The notes: generated by a model from the sequence alone, not told the origin. A DNA stretch of 64,000 nt from a virus (IMGVR_UViG_3300014059_000005:1-64000); one strand, 5' to 3'. Shown: positions 25,633 to 36,047, counted from the stretch's first letter. Numbers and translations: made by a program.

Positions 25633-27372
25633 ATGCGATGGCTGATCTCCCTTCTGGTTCTCTTCACCGTTTCCGCGATCCCCTCACTGGGGAGTTCTCC
25701 TGCGGAGGCAGTGGCCCTGGCATGGATGGACGTCGATCAGATCCCTGCCTACGATCGCCCCTTCATTCGCTATCTCTCCCTCTATGCGATCCCCGATCGG
25801 GACAGAGCCGACTTCCTCAAGGTTCTGGCCTTCCAGATCAACTCCCTCTCGCGGAAGCGAGTCCTGGCACCTATCAGGACCCTGGAGGAGCACCTTCGGC
25901 AGGGCTCCCGTTCTTCCATCGTCCTGGTTGGCAAGGATCTGCTCCGACTCGATATCCGCTACTTTGGCTGGGATCGCGAGGTCTATGAAAAACTGGCCAC
26001 GGTCGATCCGTATTTCCATATGCAGGTCCGGGTCGATCCCGACGCCTTCAAGAAGAACGCAGAAACTCTCAAGGAAGTCGTACCCGACAAGCCAGACCTC
26101 TCCGAACAGTATTATCTGCCAGGGGATCAGACCAACCAGCCTCCAGCCGCATCAGGATGGGCCTGGTATGCCGGGGGTGTCTACTCCAATGGAATCGATT
26201 ACCCTCGGGGTTGGTACTCCCCGACCTCGGAACTCTATCTGGTCTCCAAGGGCAAGAAACCGAGAATACTTCCCAAACTTCCCCCCAAGCCCGTACCCTC
26301 CGATCCAGCCAAACTGGTCAACAGAGCAGCCGCTGCCCCCTGGGCCTCCCCACAGTTGCTCTATGGGCTCGTCAAGCAGACCCAGTCCGAGGCACCCATC
26401 CTTCGGGCCGATTGGTTCTTTACCCAGACCGCGATCAACTTCCAGCGAGTAGCAGGTTACTATGCCTTCCTGGGTCTCAAATCCCGCAAGGATTTCGAGG
26501 CTCTATCGGGTTTTGATATCAAGCGAGCCCAGCGGATCGAGCGTGAGGTTGCCGCCATCATCCAGGTCTCTGGGGTGTCGATCCGCAACCGGCAAATCTA
26601 TCGTTTTGGCTCCGTGGATCGTGGCTACTGGCAGACCCGGGATGCCTTCAAGAAGCAGACGCAGGAGCGCAACGCCGTCAATTCTCTCAATGGGGATTAT
26701 GTCCACGACGCAGAGGAGTATTACGCCTATCTGCCCAATGATCTCTTTGCCTACTATCTGTCCGATGCTCAGGGCAACCAGCAGGACTCGGCCCCCGATG
26801 AGGTGGGCTCGGATCCCACCACCACCTCCAATGACTTCAAGATCCATATCTTTCTGTCCTGTGTCCGTTGCCATGTCGAGGGACTTCGCCCCCTCAACGA
26901 CTACGGACGCAAACTGTTCCAGGCACCAGCCAGGCTCGTGGCCTATGACAAGAAGAAATTCGACCGGCTGGAGCAACTCTACCTCACCCCTCTCCAGAGG
27001 GATCAGGATCGCGACACCCAGATATTCAAGGATGCCCTGACGGACCTCAACGGGGTGGGCTGGACACCCGCCAGGAACGCCGCAGCCGTCAAGAAGGTCT
27101 GGAAGGCATGGACCGACGATACCGTCACCGTGGAGATGGCTGCACGCGAACTGGGAGGGATTACGGCAAATCAATTGGTTGCTAGAATCAAGAGATACGC
27201 CTCTCCGATCGAGTCGGGTGGCCTGGGCCAGGTGATCCCCAATGTTCTCCTGGCCTATCTCCATGACAGGCCATTGCCGATAATCCGGGAGCACTTCGAG
27301 GAGGTCTACCACGTCCTCCAGTTGATCGCAGGTGGGTACGTTCCAGCACAACCCGGTGAGAAACCAAAATGA
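25633..27372 (+). CDS. secreted protein with CxxCH heme-binding motif (planctomycete type)
   Basis: Signal peptide, LRADWF, YWQTRD, SCVRCH. Confidence 0.65.
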   Translation: MRWLISLLVLFTVSAIPSLGSSPAEAVALAWMDVDQIPAYDRPFIRYLSLYAIPDRDRADFLKVLAFQINSLSRKRVLAPIRTLEEHLRQGSRSSIVLVGKDLLRLDIRYFGWDREVYEKLATVDPYFHMQVRVDPDAFKKNAETLKEVVPDKPDLSEQYYLPGDQTNQPPAASGWAWYAGGVYSNGIDYPRGWYSPTSELYLVSKGKKPRILPKLPPKPVPSDPAKLVNRAAAAPWASPQLLYGLVKQTQSEAPILRADWFFTQTAINFQRVAGYYAFLGLKSRKDFEALSGFDIKRAQRIEREVAAIIQVSGVSIRNRQIYRFGSVDRGYWQTRDAFKKQTQERNAVNSLNGDYVHDAEEYYAYLPNDLFAYYLSDAQGNQQDSAPDEVGSDPTTTSNDFKIHIFLSCVRCHVEGLRPLNDYGRKLFQAPARLVAYDKKKFDRLEQLYLTPLQRDQDRDTQIFKDALTDLNGVGWTPARNAAAVKKVWKAWTDDTVTVEMAARELGGITANQLVARIKRYASPIESGGLGQVIPNVLLAYLHDRPLPIIREHFEEVYHVLQLIAGGYVPAQPGEKPK

Positions 27373-28145
27373 AGCGATGTTTCTTTGTGGTCCTGACGCT
27401 CCTGCTCATTGGGGGCGTGGCATGGTCCCAATGCGTGGTCTCCTCCCATGTCGTCTCCACTCCCGTGGTCAAGAAGGTCGTCGCTGTCACTCCCGTGGTG
27501 GAGAAGGTGATCGTCAAGGAGGTCGTACCCCTCTACACCCCGGTGGCAGTGTTCGCTCCCTATGCCGCCGTGGTTCCCGCCTATGGTGGGGCCTATGTCC
27601 CCCCAGCGGCGTATCCGGCCCTCCCTCCGACCCCTCCGGCACCCCAGGCTGCACCAGCCCCGACACCCCCGCAAACGTCTCATTCCGAGATGAAGCAGGT
27701 GCTGGAAATTCTCCAGAAGATGGACTCACGAATTACGGCTCTGGAGAAGTCCCCACCAATGGTATCGCCAACGACACCGACCCCCGTGGCTCCCATGCAC
27801 ACGCAGCCACAGCCGAACTTGCCGCCGACCCCGACGCGACCACAGACGGCCCCAGGAACGGGCACTCCAGGAACGGGTACTCCAGGGGCTGGCGCAAGTG
27901 TGTCGGCTTCTGGCGTTCTCCAGACAAAGTGTGTCTCCTGCCACGAGACGAAGAACGCTGCCGAGAAGGGCGGCGGGTTCGTTCTCTTCGACGGTGTCAA
28001 TCTACAGAAGCCAGATAATCTGGCATTGCGGAAACTGATCACGCAGGTATACTCGGGAAAGATGCCTCCCAGGACCAGCGGGATTCAGTCCCTCACCGAC
28101 GAAGAAGTTGGTGTGGTGGTAGCTTGGGTCGATTCGATCAAGTAA
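27369..28145 (+). CDS. secreted Pro-rich protein with C-terminal c-type cytochrome domain
   Basis: Signal peptide, KCVSCH, distal Met in GKMPP, C-terminal LTDEEVGVVVAWV. Confidence 0.75.
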   Translation: MKRCFFVVLTLLLIGGVAWSQCVVSSHVVSTPVVKKVVAVTPVVEKVIVKEVVPLYTPVAVFAPYAAVVPAYGGAYVPPAAYPALPPTPPAPQAAPAPTPPQTSHSEMKQVLEILQKMDSRITALEKSPPMVSPTTPTPVAPMHTQPQPNLPPTPTRPQTAPGTGTPGTGTPGAGASVSASGVLQTKCVSCHETKNAAEKGGGFVLFDGVNLQKPDNLALRKLITQVYSGKMPPRTSGIQSLTDEEVGVVVAWVDSIK

Positions 28146-28169
28146 CCCAAATCCCTCTAGGTGATCCCA

Positions 28170-28862
28170 ATGAAGCGATCTCTTCTGGTTCTGGCGGTTA
28201 TGTCTATTCTGGTGTCCAGTGCCGGACACCTCCATGCGGTGGCTGTCCGAGTGCGAGCCCGTGTAGTGGTTCCCGCTCGGGCATCCGTCGTCGTTGGTCG
28301 ATCCGTGGTCGTCAATCGATCGGTGGTCGTCTCGCCGTTTCGGTCGCGTGTCGTGACTCCCTTTGCGTCCCAGGTAGTCGTAGGCAGCAACCGAGTTGGT
28401 TTTAGCCGAGTTGGTTTTAGCCGAGTTGGTTTCAACTCTTTTGGCTACAACTACGGGTTCCGGTCGCGGTTCGTGGCTCCTCTGGGATTCAATTACGGCT
28501 TCCAGAGGTTCGTGGCACCCGTGGCGGCTACCTATGTCGCCCCCTATGCCGCCCCGGTGATCGCCCCGGTTGTCGGGAGTTACTCCTACAACTATGCTGC
28601 TCCGGTCGCTGGTTCGTGCTCCAATGCGATCCAGGCGCTCCAGGCCCAGCAGGCGACGGCACAGCCTGATCTGCCCCCCGTGCCGACCACGCCAGTTGCC
28701 CCTGTTCCGGTTGCTCCGGTTCCGGTTACCCCTCTGGTTCCCGCTGTGGGGTCCTGTGGCGGTGCTCTGGGTATCGGCTATAGCTTTGGCTCGCTGGGAG
28801 GATATTCCTCTCAGTTTGGAGTCTCCAGGATTGGTTTCTCCAGGTTCCGGTTTGGGTATTGA
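28170..28862 (+). CDS. secreted low-complexity (Val/Arg/Phe/Pro) protein
   Basis: Signal peptide MKRSLLVLAVMS..., RVGFS repeats. Confidence 0.6.
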   Translation: MKRSLLVLAVMSILVSSAGHLHAVAVRVRARVVVPARASVVVGRSVVVNRSVVVSPFRSRVVTPFASQVVVGSNRVGFSRVGFSRVGFNSFGYNYGFRSRFVAPLGFNYGFQRFVAPVAATYVAPYAAPVIAPVVGSYSYNYAAPVAGSCSNAIQALQAQQATAQPDLPPVPTTPVAPVPVAPVPVTPLVPAVGSCGGALGIGYSFGSLGGYSSQFGVSRIGFSRFRFGY

Positions 28863-28944
28863 TCCCTGACCGAAATCCTCGATGTATAGGGTTAGGTGGG
28901 GAGGTGTGCCTTTGGGTCGCCTCCCCTTTTTCATGGAGTTGTCT

Positions 28945-29286
28945 ATGGAAATCCGCTCCACAGATTCCAGGATTGCCGAGCCTTTCTGGCCCTACCTCCG
29001 GGTCATCATCGTCTTACTATTCCTGCCAGCAGTATTTGGAGCCCTCATGGGCGGGGTTACGGCCTCCAGACTCGCCGACGAGGCCGACAAGAAATCCGCC
29101 AAGCCCGTCACCGTGAGGTTCAGTATCGTCCTCGACGGCGAAACCCAGATCACAGTGGACGAGCAACCCTGTACCCTCCAGGAAGTCGAGACGCTCTACA
29201 AGTTTGCCGCCTCCTCACTCAATACAGCTGAACTCAAGGTTGCCGATGGTAAGGCCACCCTCCTCAAGGTCGCTACGAAGAAGTAG
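28945..29286 (+). CDS. single-TM protein
   Basis: GGAG RBS, one hydrophobic helix; start uncertain. Confidence 0.55.
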   Translation: MEIRSTDSRIAEPFWPYLRVIIVLLFLPAVFGALMGGVTASRLADEADKKSAKPVTVRFSIVLDGETQITVDEQPCTLQEVETLYKFAASSLNTAELKVADGKATLLKVATKK

Positions 29287-29297
29287 GAGATTCTTCC

Positions 29298-29810
29298 GTG
29301 TGGAACACACCCTTGCGGGACTCGAATCTGGTAAGGATCTACCGGATCATTTTGTGGGATCTCTTCTTACTCTGTCTGATCGCCACGGCAATGGTCCAGG
29401 TGGCACTTCTGATCGGCTATCTGTTCGTTCTTCCTCTCCATGCTGCCCCCATTCCCCGGCCACGACCTCCTGTCACCGATATCCTGCCTGGGACCTACTC
29501 CATGAAGTGGGGGTCGGCCCTGTTTCTCGTGACCCTGTCCGAGTCGGGGCATTATTCGGGAGTGTCCACACCTGGAGGACACGGCAAGTGGGAGGGTAAG
29601 TGGGACTGGGATCGTCGTTCGAGGACGCTCTATATCCGTGAACGCCATGTTACCGCCTACAACGACGATGACGGCTACATGGACTGGGCAATACATCTGG
29701 ATATGACATTGCGGGGCAAGACCTCCAGGGGCTACTACGACGTCCCCGACTCGTCAGACCCGCCAGCAACCTCTTTCGTAGAGATGCGCAGGATCAAGAT
29801 CCGCAAGTGA
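29298..29810 (+). CDS. membrane/secreted protein with APIPRP motif
   Basis: Hydrophobic N-half, then a beta-rich domain. Confidence 0.55.
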   Translation: MWNTPLRDSNLVRIYRIILWDLFLLCLIATAMVQVALLIGYLFVLPLHAAPIPRPRPPVTDILPGTYSMKWGSALFLVTLSESGHYSGVSTPGGHGKWEGKWDWDRRSRTLYIRERHVTAYNDDDGYMDWAIHLDMTLRGKTSRGYYDVPDSSDPPATSFVEMRRIKIRK

Positions 29811-29843
29811 GTCTTCCCAGCAGGAAACAGGTAGGAATTTCTG

Positions 29844-30095
29844 ATGGCCACCAACATGGTTTGCCCGTTTCTCGACCGCAATCCGCGATTCGCCTATGGA
29901 GTCGAGTTCGGATTGCTCTATGCCCGGATGCAACTCCATTCCGAGATACGGGACTACTTCTGCCTGGCCAATCAGGAGCAGATACTCCTCCTGGTCAACC
30001 GTATGGGCTGGCAGGTTCTGGAGATGGAGGACCACGATGGGGAGTGGTTCTTCTGCCATATCTCCAAGAAGGGTGAGTTCAGCAGTGCTTACTAG
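29844..30095 (+). CDS. hypothetical protein
   Basis: AGGA RBS, 83 aa. Confidence 0.6.
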   Translation: MATNMVCPFLDRNPRFAYGVEFGLLYARMQLHSEIRDYFCLANQEQILLLVNRMGWQVLEMEDHDGEWFFCHISKKGEFSSAY

Positions 30096-30103
30096 TTAGA
30101 TAT

Positions 30104-30811
30104 CTAGCTGGGCACCCCGTCCTGGCTACGGATGACCTTCCGCGAGGGATTCCCCGGGGGCTGATCGGGACTCTTGGCCGGTCGGCCCCTTCCCCTCTTT
30201 TCCGCATCTCCCAGATCCGACATCCCAGGTTTTGGTCCTAGTAGCTCGATCAGGGTGCGGACTCCCGGCAGTTTGCCATCGGTCCCGTGCCGTAGCCCCT
30301 CCCCCAGTTCGTAGATCGTGTATTCCAATCTGTGGTTGTCCAGGGTGTAGGCCAGGGGCGTGTCGGCCTTGATCTCCTTGAAGTCGTTGACCACCGCCAG
30401 TTGTAGTAGATTGGTCAACTTTCCACCCGGTTCCCGCAATAGCGACAGACAGAACCGTAGTGGGGGCGCCAGCAGATAGTCGTAGAGCCCCCCGTGGCTT
30501 TCCCTGCGGATACCCCGTACTCCGTTTCCGTCCAGGAGCCAGGAGTGCCGGGCCAGGTTTTGTCTGTCTTTGAGACCTCCCTCCAGGAACATCACGGTCA
30601 CACTGGTTTGCTTGTAGATACCACACCCCAGGCAGATGAAGTGCTCTGCGGGGCATAGTGCCGTTGTCGTACTCTTCTGGAAGGGCAGAAAGGGCACGTC
30701 GTCGTGTGGGATCTTGGGATCGCAAGGAGCCCCACACCAGTGGCAGCGGAGGTATCCCGCGTTCGTCTTGTTTTCGAGTCCGGCCAACAGGTCACTGGCA
30801 CGCATGTTCAT
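30104..30811 (-). CDS. Cys-rich protein resembling type IV CRISPR Csf1/Cas8-like N-terminus
   Basis: CHWCGAPC...HFICLGC...YLLAPPLRFCLSL...LQLAVVN. Confidence 0.45.
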   Translation of the reverse strand: MNMRASDLLAGLENKTNAGYLRCHWCGAPCDPKIPHDDVPFLPFQKSTTTALCPAEHFICLGCGIYKQTSVTVMFLEGGLKDRQNLARHSWLLDGNGVRGIRRESHGGLYDYLLAPPLRFCLSLLREPGGKLTNLLQLAVVNDFKEIKADTPLAYTLDNHRLEYTIYELGEGLRHGTDGKLPGVRTLIELLGPKPGMSDLGDAEKRGRGRPAKSPDQPPGNPSRKVIRSQDGVPS

Positions 30812-30997
30812 AAAATCCCGAACAGATTACAATCGGTCTAGATATACTGCCAAAGTCCGTAGGGACGATCTGGTGGTAATTCCTGCCACGGTCAGGGGTT
30901 CGGGACACACTGTGGGGTTTAGGCGTGTTCGTGGTGCCGGGGCACTAGAGGATAGTCGTGTTGCCCTACTCCGAAAAGGGCACCTTGAGGGTTGCAG

Positions 30998-33055
30998 ATG
31001 GGAATTATCAGCAAAACCATCGAAACGCTATCCAAAAAAGAGACTACGGGCAATAGTCTTGGCAAGAGCCTGGGTAAGGCCCTCTCCCATCCTCCCGTGC
31101 GACAGGACTCTTCCAGAGTCCGTACCCCCTCGTCCGCTGATCTCGTCTTCGACAACGTCGCCAATCGTCGCAACCGCTCCCGGTCGATCTGGCGACAGGC
31201 CTTCGATGACCACGAGCAGCAGAAGCCCGAGCACCCGCTGCCACCGATTCCCTCCTGGGGCCGATCCGCTGTCTCCACCGACAATGCCACCAGGAGGCTC
31301 CTGGAAGCTCTCAGGAGCTTTGCTCCTGGCTCCTGGACGGACGACCGCTGGGAGCAGTCCAAGCACTTCCTGGGCATCACCTACGTCGCTGTACACCGGC
31401 AGAACGAGATCCTGACCCAGGCTGAGTTCAACGTCTATGTCAAGGACGAGCGGCACCCCGATGGCAAGCGGCCAATTCGCCCCGATGATCCACCAATGGG
31501 TAATCGGGCGGTACGGCCCTGGGACCTGGTGCAGCTGCTCCAGAATCCCAACAAGGAAGACGACTTTGGGGATCTCTGCTCGGGTTGGAATCTCCAGATG
31601 GATCTGACCGGGTCGGCTCTGACCTGGATGGTCCCCAACAAGCTGGGAACTCCCTACGAACTCTATCCCATCCCCACAGCACTCGCCATTCCCCAGCCTG
31701 CGGTCAATCCCGACTACCCCGATGGTTACTACCGGATCCAGCCGGTCTATCCTTATGGTCCGTTCTCCTCTTACCCCACTCCCGCAGCAGCGGTGGGTGC
31801 CGCCATCCCGGCCCAGTGGATGATGCGGTTCAAGTATCCGCACCCCCTGATTCGCTACGAGGGCTATTCACCCCTCACCGCCATGCGGTCCCACATCGAC
31901 CAGCACGAGAGCATGGACCGTGCCCGCTGGTACGCCATGAAGCGGGGGGTCAACCCAGCTGCTGTCCTCCAGTTCGAGGACATGGAAGGTGCCCAGCCCT
32001 TCCCCGAGGAAGCGATCGAGCGGATCAAGGCCGACTTCGAGAATGAGCACTACGGCACGGAGAACTGGAGCAAGCTCTACGTCACGGCCCCCGGATCCAA
32101 GCTGGAGCCCTTTGGCAATCGACCTATCGATATGGACTTCCAGGGCGGCTGGGAGCAGGTGGCCTCCTTCATCCTGGGTGGTGGCTTTGGTATCACCAAG
32201 CCGGCGGCAGGCATGTCCGAGGCTTCGGCCTACGCCAATTTGTTTGCTTCTCTCAAGCAACTGTACTGGCAGACTCTCGATCCCAAGTGCTCCCGCATCG
32301 CCAGGAAACTGACCCGATTCCTGGGTCCTTACTTTGGCGATGATCTCATCATCGAGGTCCATTGCAAGCGCATCGACGACCACGAGATCCTCTTTCAGAA
32401 GATCGACAAGGCTGTCTCCTCCAAGGCCGTCACCAAGAACGGAGTCCTCAAACTCCTGGATCTACCCGTTACCCAGGAAGAGTGGGGTGATGATATCGCG
32501 GGAGATCCCAGTCCCTACGAGAAGGAACAGCAGGAAAAGCAGATGGCCCCCGAGGGCGGTGGTATGCCCGGTATGCCTGGGGGAATGCCAGGCATGGATG
32601 CAGGTGCCGCTCCGGCCCCAGGAGCACCTGGAATGCCTGGAGGTCCCCCCGAGGACGAGGTCCCTGCCGCTCTTACTCCCGAGCAGGCCCCCGAGGCCGC
32701 AGGGGCAGCAACTCCTACCGCCCCCGGTGAGGAGTCCGATACTCCTTCCATCACCGAGATCCTGGGTCTGGGTGTTCCCGAGACCGAGGGCGATCAGACT
32801 TCCGAGGAGCCCAATCCCGAATCCCTGGATCAGCAGTCTCTGGGACACAGGAAGGGACTCTCTAAGAGCCTATCCCCCAGGGATCTGCAAAGAGAACTAC
32901 GCAAGAGACAGAAGGCCATTGCTCGGAACTACCACAGGAAGTCCATGTACGAGCAGATGATGAAGGTGCTAGAGTCTGGCCCTGGTGAGAAACACCATAC
33001 CAATGGTCATACCAATGAACATCTGAACGGGAGCACCAATGGCCATGCAAAGTAG
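30998..33055 (+). CDS. phage portal protein with long Pro/Glu/Gly-rich C-tail
   Basis: LLQNPN, LTGSALTW, ELYPIP, RFKYPHP..RYEGYSPL, DMDF motifs of HK97/lambda-type portals. Confidence 0.85.
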   Translation: MGIISKTIETLSKKETTGNSLGKSLGKALSHPPVRQDSSRVRTPSSADLVFDNVANRRNRSRSIWRQAFDDHEQQKPEHPLPPIPSWGRSAVSTDNATRRLLEALRSFAPGSWTDDRWEQSKHFLGITYVAVHRQNEILTQAEFNVYVKDERHPDGKRPIRPDDPPMGNRAVRPWDLVQLLQNPNKEDDFGDLCSGWNLQMDLTGSALTWMVPNKLGTPYELYPIPTALAIPQPAVNPDYPDGYYRIQPVYPYGPFSSYPTPAAAVGAAIPAQWMMRFKYPHPLIRYEGYSPLTAMRSHIDQHESMDRARWYAMKRGVNPAAVLQFEDMEGAQPFPEEAIERIKADFENEHYGTENWSKLYVTAPGSKLEPFGNRPIDMDFQGGWEQVASFILGGGFGITKPAAGMSEASAYANLFASLKQLYWQTLDPKCSRIARKLTRFLGPYFGDDLIIEVHCKRIDDHEILFQKIDKAVSSKAVTKNGVLKLLDLPVTQEEWGDDIAGDPSPYEKEQQEKQMAPEGGGMPGMPGGMPGMDAGAAPAPGAPGMPGGPPEDEVPAALTPEQAPEAAGAATPTAPGEESDTPSITEILGLGVPETEGDQTSEEPNPESLDQQSLGHRKGLSKSLSPRDLQRELRKRQKAIARNYHRKSMYEQMMKVLESGPGEKHHTNGHTNEHLNGSTNGHAK

Positions 33056-33722
33056 GATCCAGCAGACACTGCCTGGGGTGATTACTCGCGAGGATGTGTT
33101 CGACGCTCTCCGGGCCACCCGCGATAATTTCAAATCTCTGCTTGATTCCAGGATCGACACCATCGAGGCCGAACTGGGGGTTCGCCTCTCCAAGGTGCTG
33201 GAGAAGCGGTTCGACGATGCCATCCAGGCTGTGGTCCAGGGCCAGCACAATGGCCAGATCAAGGCCCTGGAAGCCTCCTATGGCCGCAAGATCAAGGCCA
33301 TCGAGGAAGCTCATTCCGAACAGTTGAAATCCCTGAAGGCCGAATTACGAAAAACTGTCCAAAATCTCCAGGAACAGTATTCCGAGCAACTCCAGGGACT
33401 CAAGGAATCCTACCAGGAGGCTCTGGGACATCTGCGAACACTCCTGGAGGCCATCCACATCCCCACCCCCCAGGTCTCGGTGACTCTGCCCGAATTGCGC
33501 CCCGAGGTGCTGGTGAGGGTCCCCGAACTCCGGGCACCCGATGTGGTGGTCCATGTTCCCGAACTCCAGGCCCCTGGGATCACGGTCAACGTTCCCGAGT
33601 TGCCGGCTCCGGTGGTCAACGTCGAGGCTGCCAAGAACAAAAAGACTACTAAGCATATCCTTTACGACGAATTTTCACGGCCATCGACTGTGGTGACCGT
33701 ATCCGATGACCCAGAAGAGTAG
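33039..33722 (+). CDS. coiled-coil protein with PxVxV repeats
   Basis: Overlaps the portal stop; C-terminal V.VPEL repeats. Confidence 0.7.
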   Translation: MAMQSRIQQTLPGVITREDVFDALRATRDNFKSLLDSRIDTIEAELGVRLSKVLEKRFDDAIQAVVQGQHNGQIKALEASYGRKIKAIEEAHSEQLKSLKAELRKTVQNLQEQYSEQLQGLKESYQEALGHLRTLLEAIHIPTPQVSVTLPELRPEVLVRVPELRAPDVVVHVPELQAPGITVNVPELPAPVVNVEAAKNKKTTKHILYDEFSRPSTVVTVSDDPEE

Positions 33723-34499
33723 CTATCTAGATTTTTGGGAGAGGAGATTCTCGATGGTCCATCCCTTTCTGAGCTTGTACGCCAGAGAAGATGTTGTCAT
33801 CTCTAGAAGCCTTGCCCATTCGGATAGGGATTTTGTTTGTTCATTGCTGGTAATCAATCTGGTGTTTTTCCTTTTTTTGTATCCGATTTTTCGTCTGCTA
33901 TCGGAAGACAGAACCTCATGCAATGGCAATCCCTGCTTTAATCGTGTTTTGATCGTTGTGGGAGACACTTCCAGGAACTCGGACCATTCTGGTACGGTTC
34001 TAGTCACCCCATCAAGGGTCAGTTTCGTGGCTCTGGGTTCTTGTGCTTTTCTGTTGGAGATGTATTTGGTCCTTGCCGGAGCGGTGAGAGCCAACTCCAA
34101 TGGCCATCCTTTGTCTAGCCGCATTGCCAGGTTAGGAGATGCGATTCCAATGCGGTCGGCCCAGTCCTTGAGAACTAGAGTTTCACCGTTGTAGGTGATC
34201 CATCGATTGGTTCTACGATTCCTAGCCTGGTTTTTGGTGACGGTCCAGTGGCAATTACCTTTTTCGTAGTTCCCGTGGTTGTTGATTCGGTCCAGCGAGT
34301 GCCGGTTGCTGGGACGATTTCCCATGTCGCTGAGGAACTCGGCGAACGATTGCTTCCAGGAGTCACAAACACGGATGCCACGATCCCCGTATCGCAAGTA
34401 TTCTGGATGGTCTTTGTTGTAACACCTCTGGATCATATTGGACCAACATCGGTATTCTGGAGATCGAGACATTCCATGCTTCTCTTTTTTCCTGGTCAT
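33723..34499 (-). CDS. free-standing HNH homing endonuclease with repeated HTH-like modules
   Basis: YGDRGIRVCDSW..F..FLSDMG..P...SLDRINNHGNYEKGNCHW...QARN, then three .TL.EW repeats. Confidence 0.85.
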   Translation of the reverse strand: MTRKKEKHGMSRSPEYRCWSNMIQRCYNKDHPEYLRYGDRGIRVCDSWKQSFAEFLSDMGNRPSNRHSLDRINNHGNYEKGNCHWTVTKNQARNRRTNRWITYNGETLVLKDWADRIGIASPNLAMRLDKGWPLELALTAPARTKYISNRKAQEPRATKLTLDGVTRTVPEWSEFLEVSPTTIKTRLKQGLPLHEVLSSDSRRKIGYKKRKNTRLITSNEQTKSLSEWARLLEMTTSSLAYKLRKGWTIENLLSQKSR

Positions 34500-34661
34500 T
34501 GTTTTTCTTCTCTTAGGTATGGGCGATCTCAATATATCACCGCCATGAAATTAGTCAATGATCGTGGGACCGGAATAACCAGTGAAAGTTCTAGCGTCAA
34601 CGAATTTTCACGCCCAGCCGTAATTAGCGAGACTGAAGATCCGGAAGGGGGGAATTAAACC

Positions 34662-36047
34662 GTGCCCAATTCCTACCGGATCGTCACGCAGATCAGGGAT
34701 CAGGACGACTTCACCGGAGCCCTGACCAACGGCTACTTCCTTACCTACTCCAGCGGGACCGGCAAGTTCTCCCTGGCTGCGGTGTCGCCGGGGGGATCGT
34801 CGGGAGAATTCCAGTACAACAATGCCGGGGCGTTTGGTGGCACATCGCTCGTCACCTATTCCGCCGCGAGTAGTGGAACCGCCGTCACGATCCAGGCCGC
34901 GACATCGGGCGTTGGGCTCACGGTCAAGGCTGCCGCGACGACGCCGGGGAACATTGCCAACTTCGCGAACAGCAGCGGGACGGCATTAGCGAGCTTTAGT
35001 TCGTCTGGATATCTGAGGGTGGGAGTTTCGGCAACGTCCCCGATTCATGTGTCGGGTCCGGCGTCGTCGTCCACGCTCCCATTCGTGAAGATAACGGGGA
35101 CTTCCGGGACCGGCTTGCAGTATGCAATCGATGCCTCGGTGACAATCGGATCAGGGTCGAATCAAACAGGTGCGGCCGCAATTCTTGGCACTATGGCAGG
35201 AGCCAACAACCAGAACGGTAGTGTTTTCGGTGTCGCTGGCTACGTTACCGGAAGTGCCAACGCATCGGGCATAGGGGTTGTCGGTAATGCTGGCGTCAAT
35301 GCTGGGGGCAAGGGGCTAATTGGTGTGCTTGGTGCGGCATCGGCCCAGAATGGCAATGATAGTTCTACTGACCTCTACGGTGGGGTGTTCGAGGGCGGAA
35401 GCAACTCGAACACCGGCCAAATGGTCGTGGGTGTTCTGGGGCAGGCCAGGTCGGGGGCAACCAGTTACTATGCCGGATTCTTCCGGCTGTCTACCAGCGG
35501 GCCTTCCGGGTATACGAACAGCAGACCCACCAGACCGACTTCCGGGGCAGCCGCCCTCGCCGCAGACAACGGCAGTTCCACCGCCGACATCTTCAGGCTT
35601 TTGGACAACGGCACGACTACATTCAGTGTGGCGGACGGTGGAACCGCCTCCATCTTGCTTGGAAATGCGGCCAGCATCGGCTGTGTCGTGGCAGGTACTA
35701 CCTCCCAGTCCGCCCCCCTCCTCCAACTCCAGGGCACATCCTCCACCACCGCAGGTACGGCGCAGGCCGAGGTGGATACCGCCTGGGTTGACTCAACGCA
35801 TGCCACCAGAAAAGCCAGACTCATTCTCAGGGCCTACGACACCGCCGCAAGGGAGACAGCCAGAGGGTGGGCAGATGGGACCTATGGTAGGTTCGCCGTG
35901 TCTGCCCCGAACGCCGCACCCACCGACGCCCAGATCGGTGCCGCACAGGTCTCCTTCTATCTCGACGAAGGGGGCAACAATCTCATCTTCCGTGTGTGCT
36001 ACACGGACGGAACCACTTACAAGTCAGGAACGGTCGCCCTTGTTTGA
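34662..36047 (+). CDS. tail fibre / virion structural protein (Gly/Ser/Ala/Thr-rich)
   Basis: PGGSSGEFQYNNAGAFGG fibre motif, composition. Confidence 0.65.
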   Translation: MPNSYRIVTQIRDQDDFTGALTNGYFLTYSSGTGKFSLAAVSPGGSSGEFQYNNAGAFGGTSLVTYSAASSGTAVTIQAATSGVGLTVKAAATTPGNIANFANSSGTALASFSSSGYLRVGVSATSPIHVSGPASSSTLPFVKITGTSGTGLQYAIDASVTIGSGSNQTGAAAILGTMAGANNQNGSVFGVAGYVTGSANASGIGVVGNAGVNAGGKGLIGVLGAASAQNGNDSSTDLYGGVFEGGSNSNTGQMVVGVLGQARSGATSYYAGFFRLSTSGPSGYTNSRPTRPTSGAAALAADNGSSTADIFRLLDNGTTTFSVADGGTASILLGNAASIGCVVAGTTSQSAPLLQLQGTSSTTAGTAQAEVDTAWVDSTHATRKARLILRAYDTAARETARGWADGTYGRFAVSAPNAAPTDAQIGAAQVSFYLDEGGNNLIFRVCYTDGTTYKSGTVALV

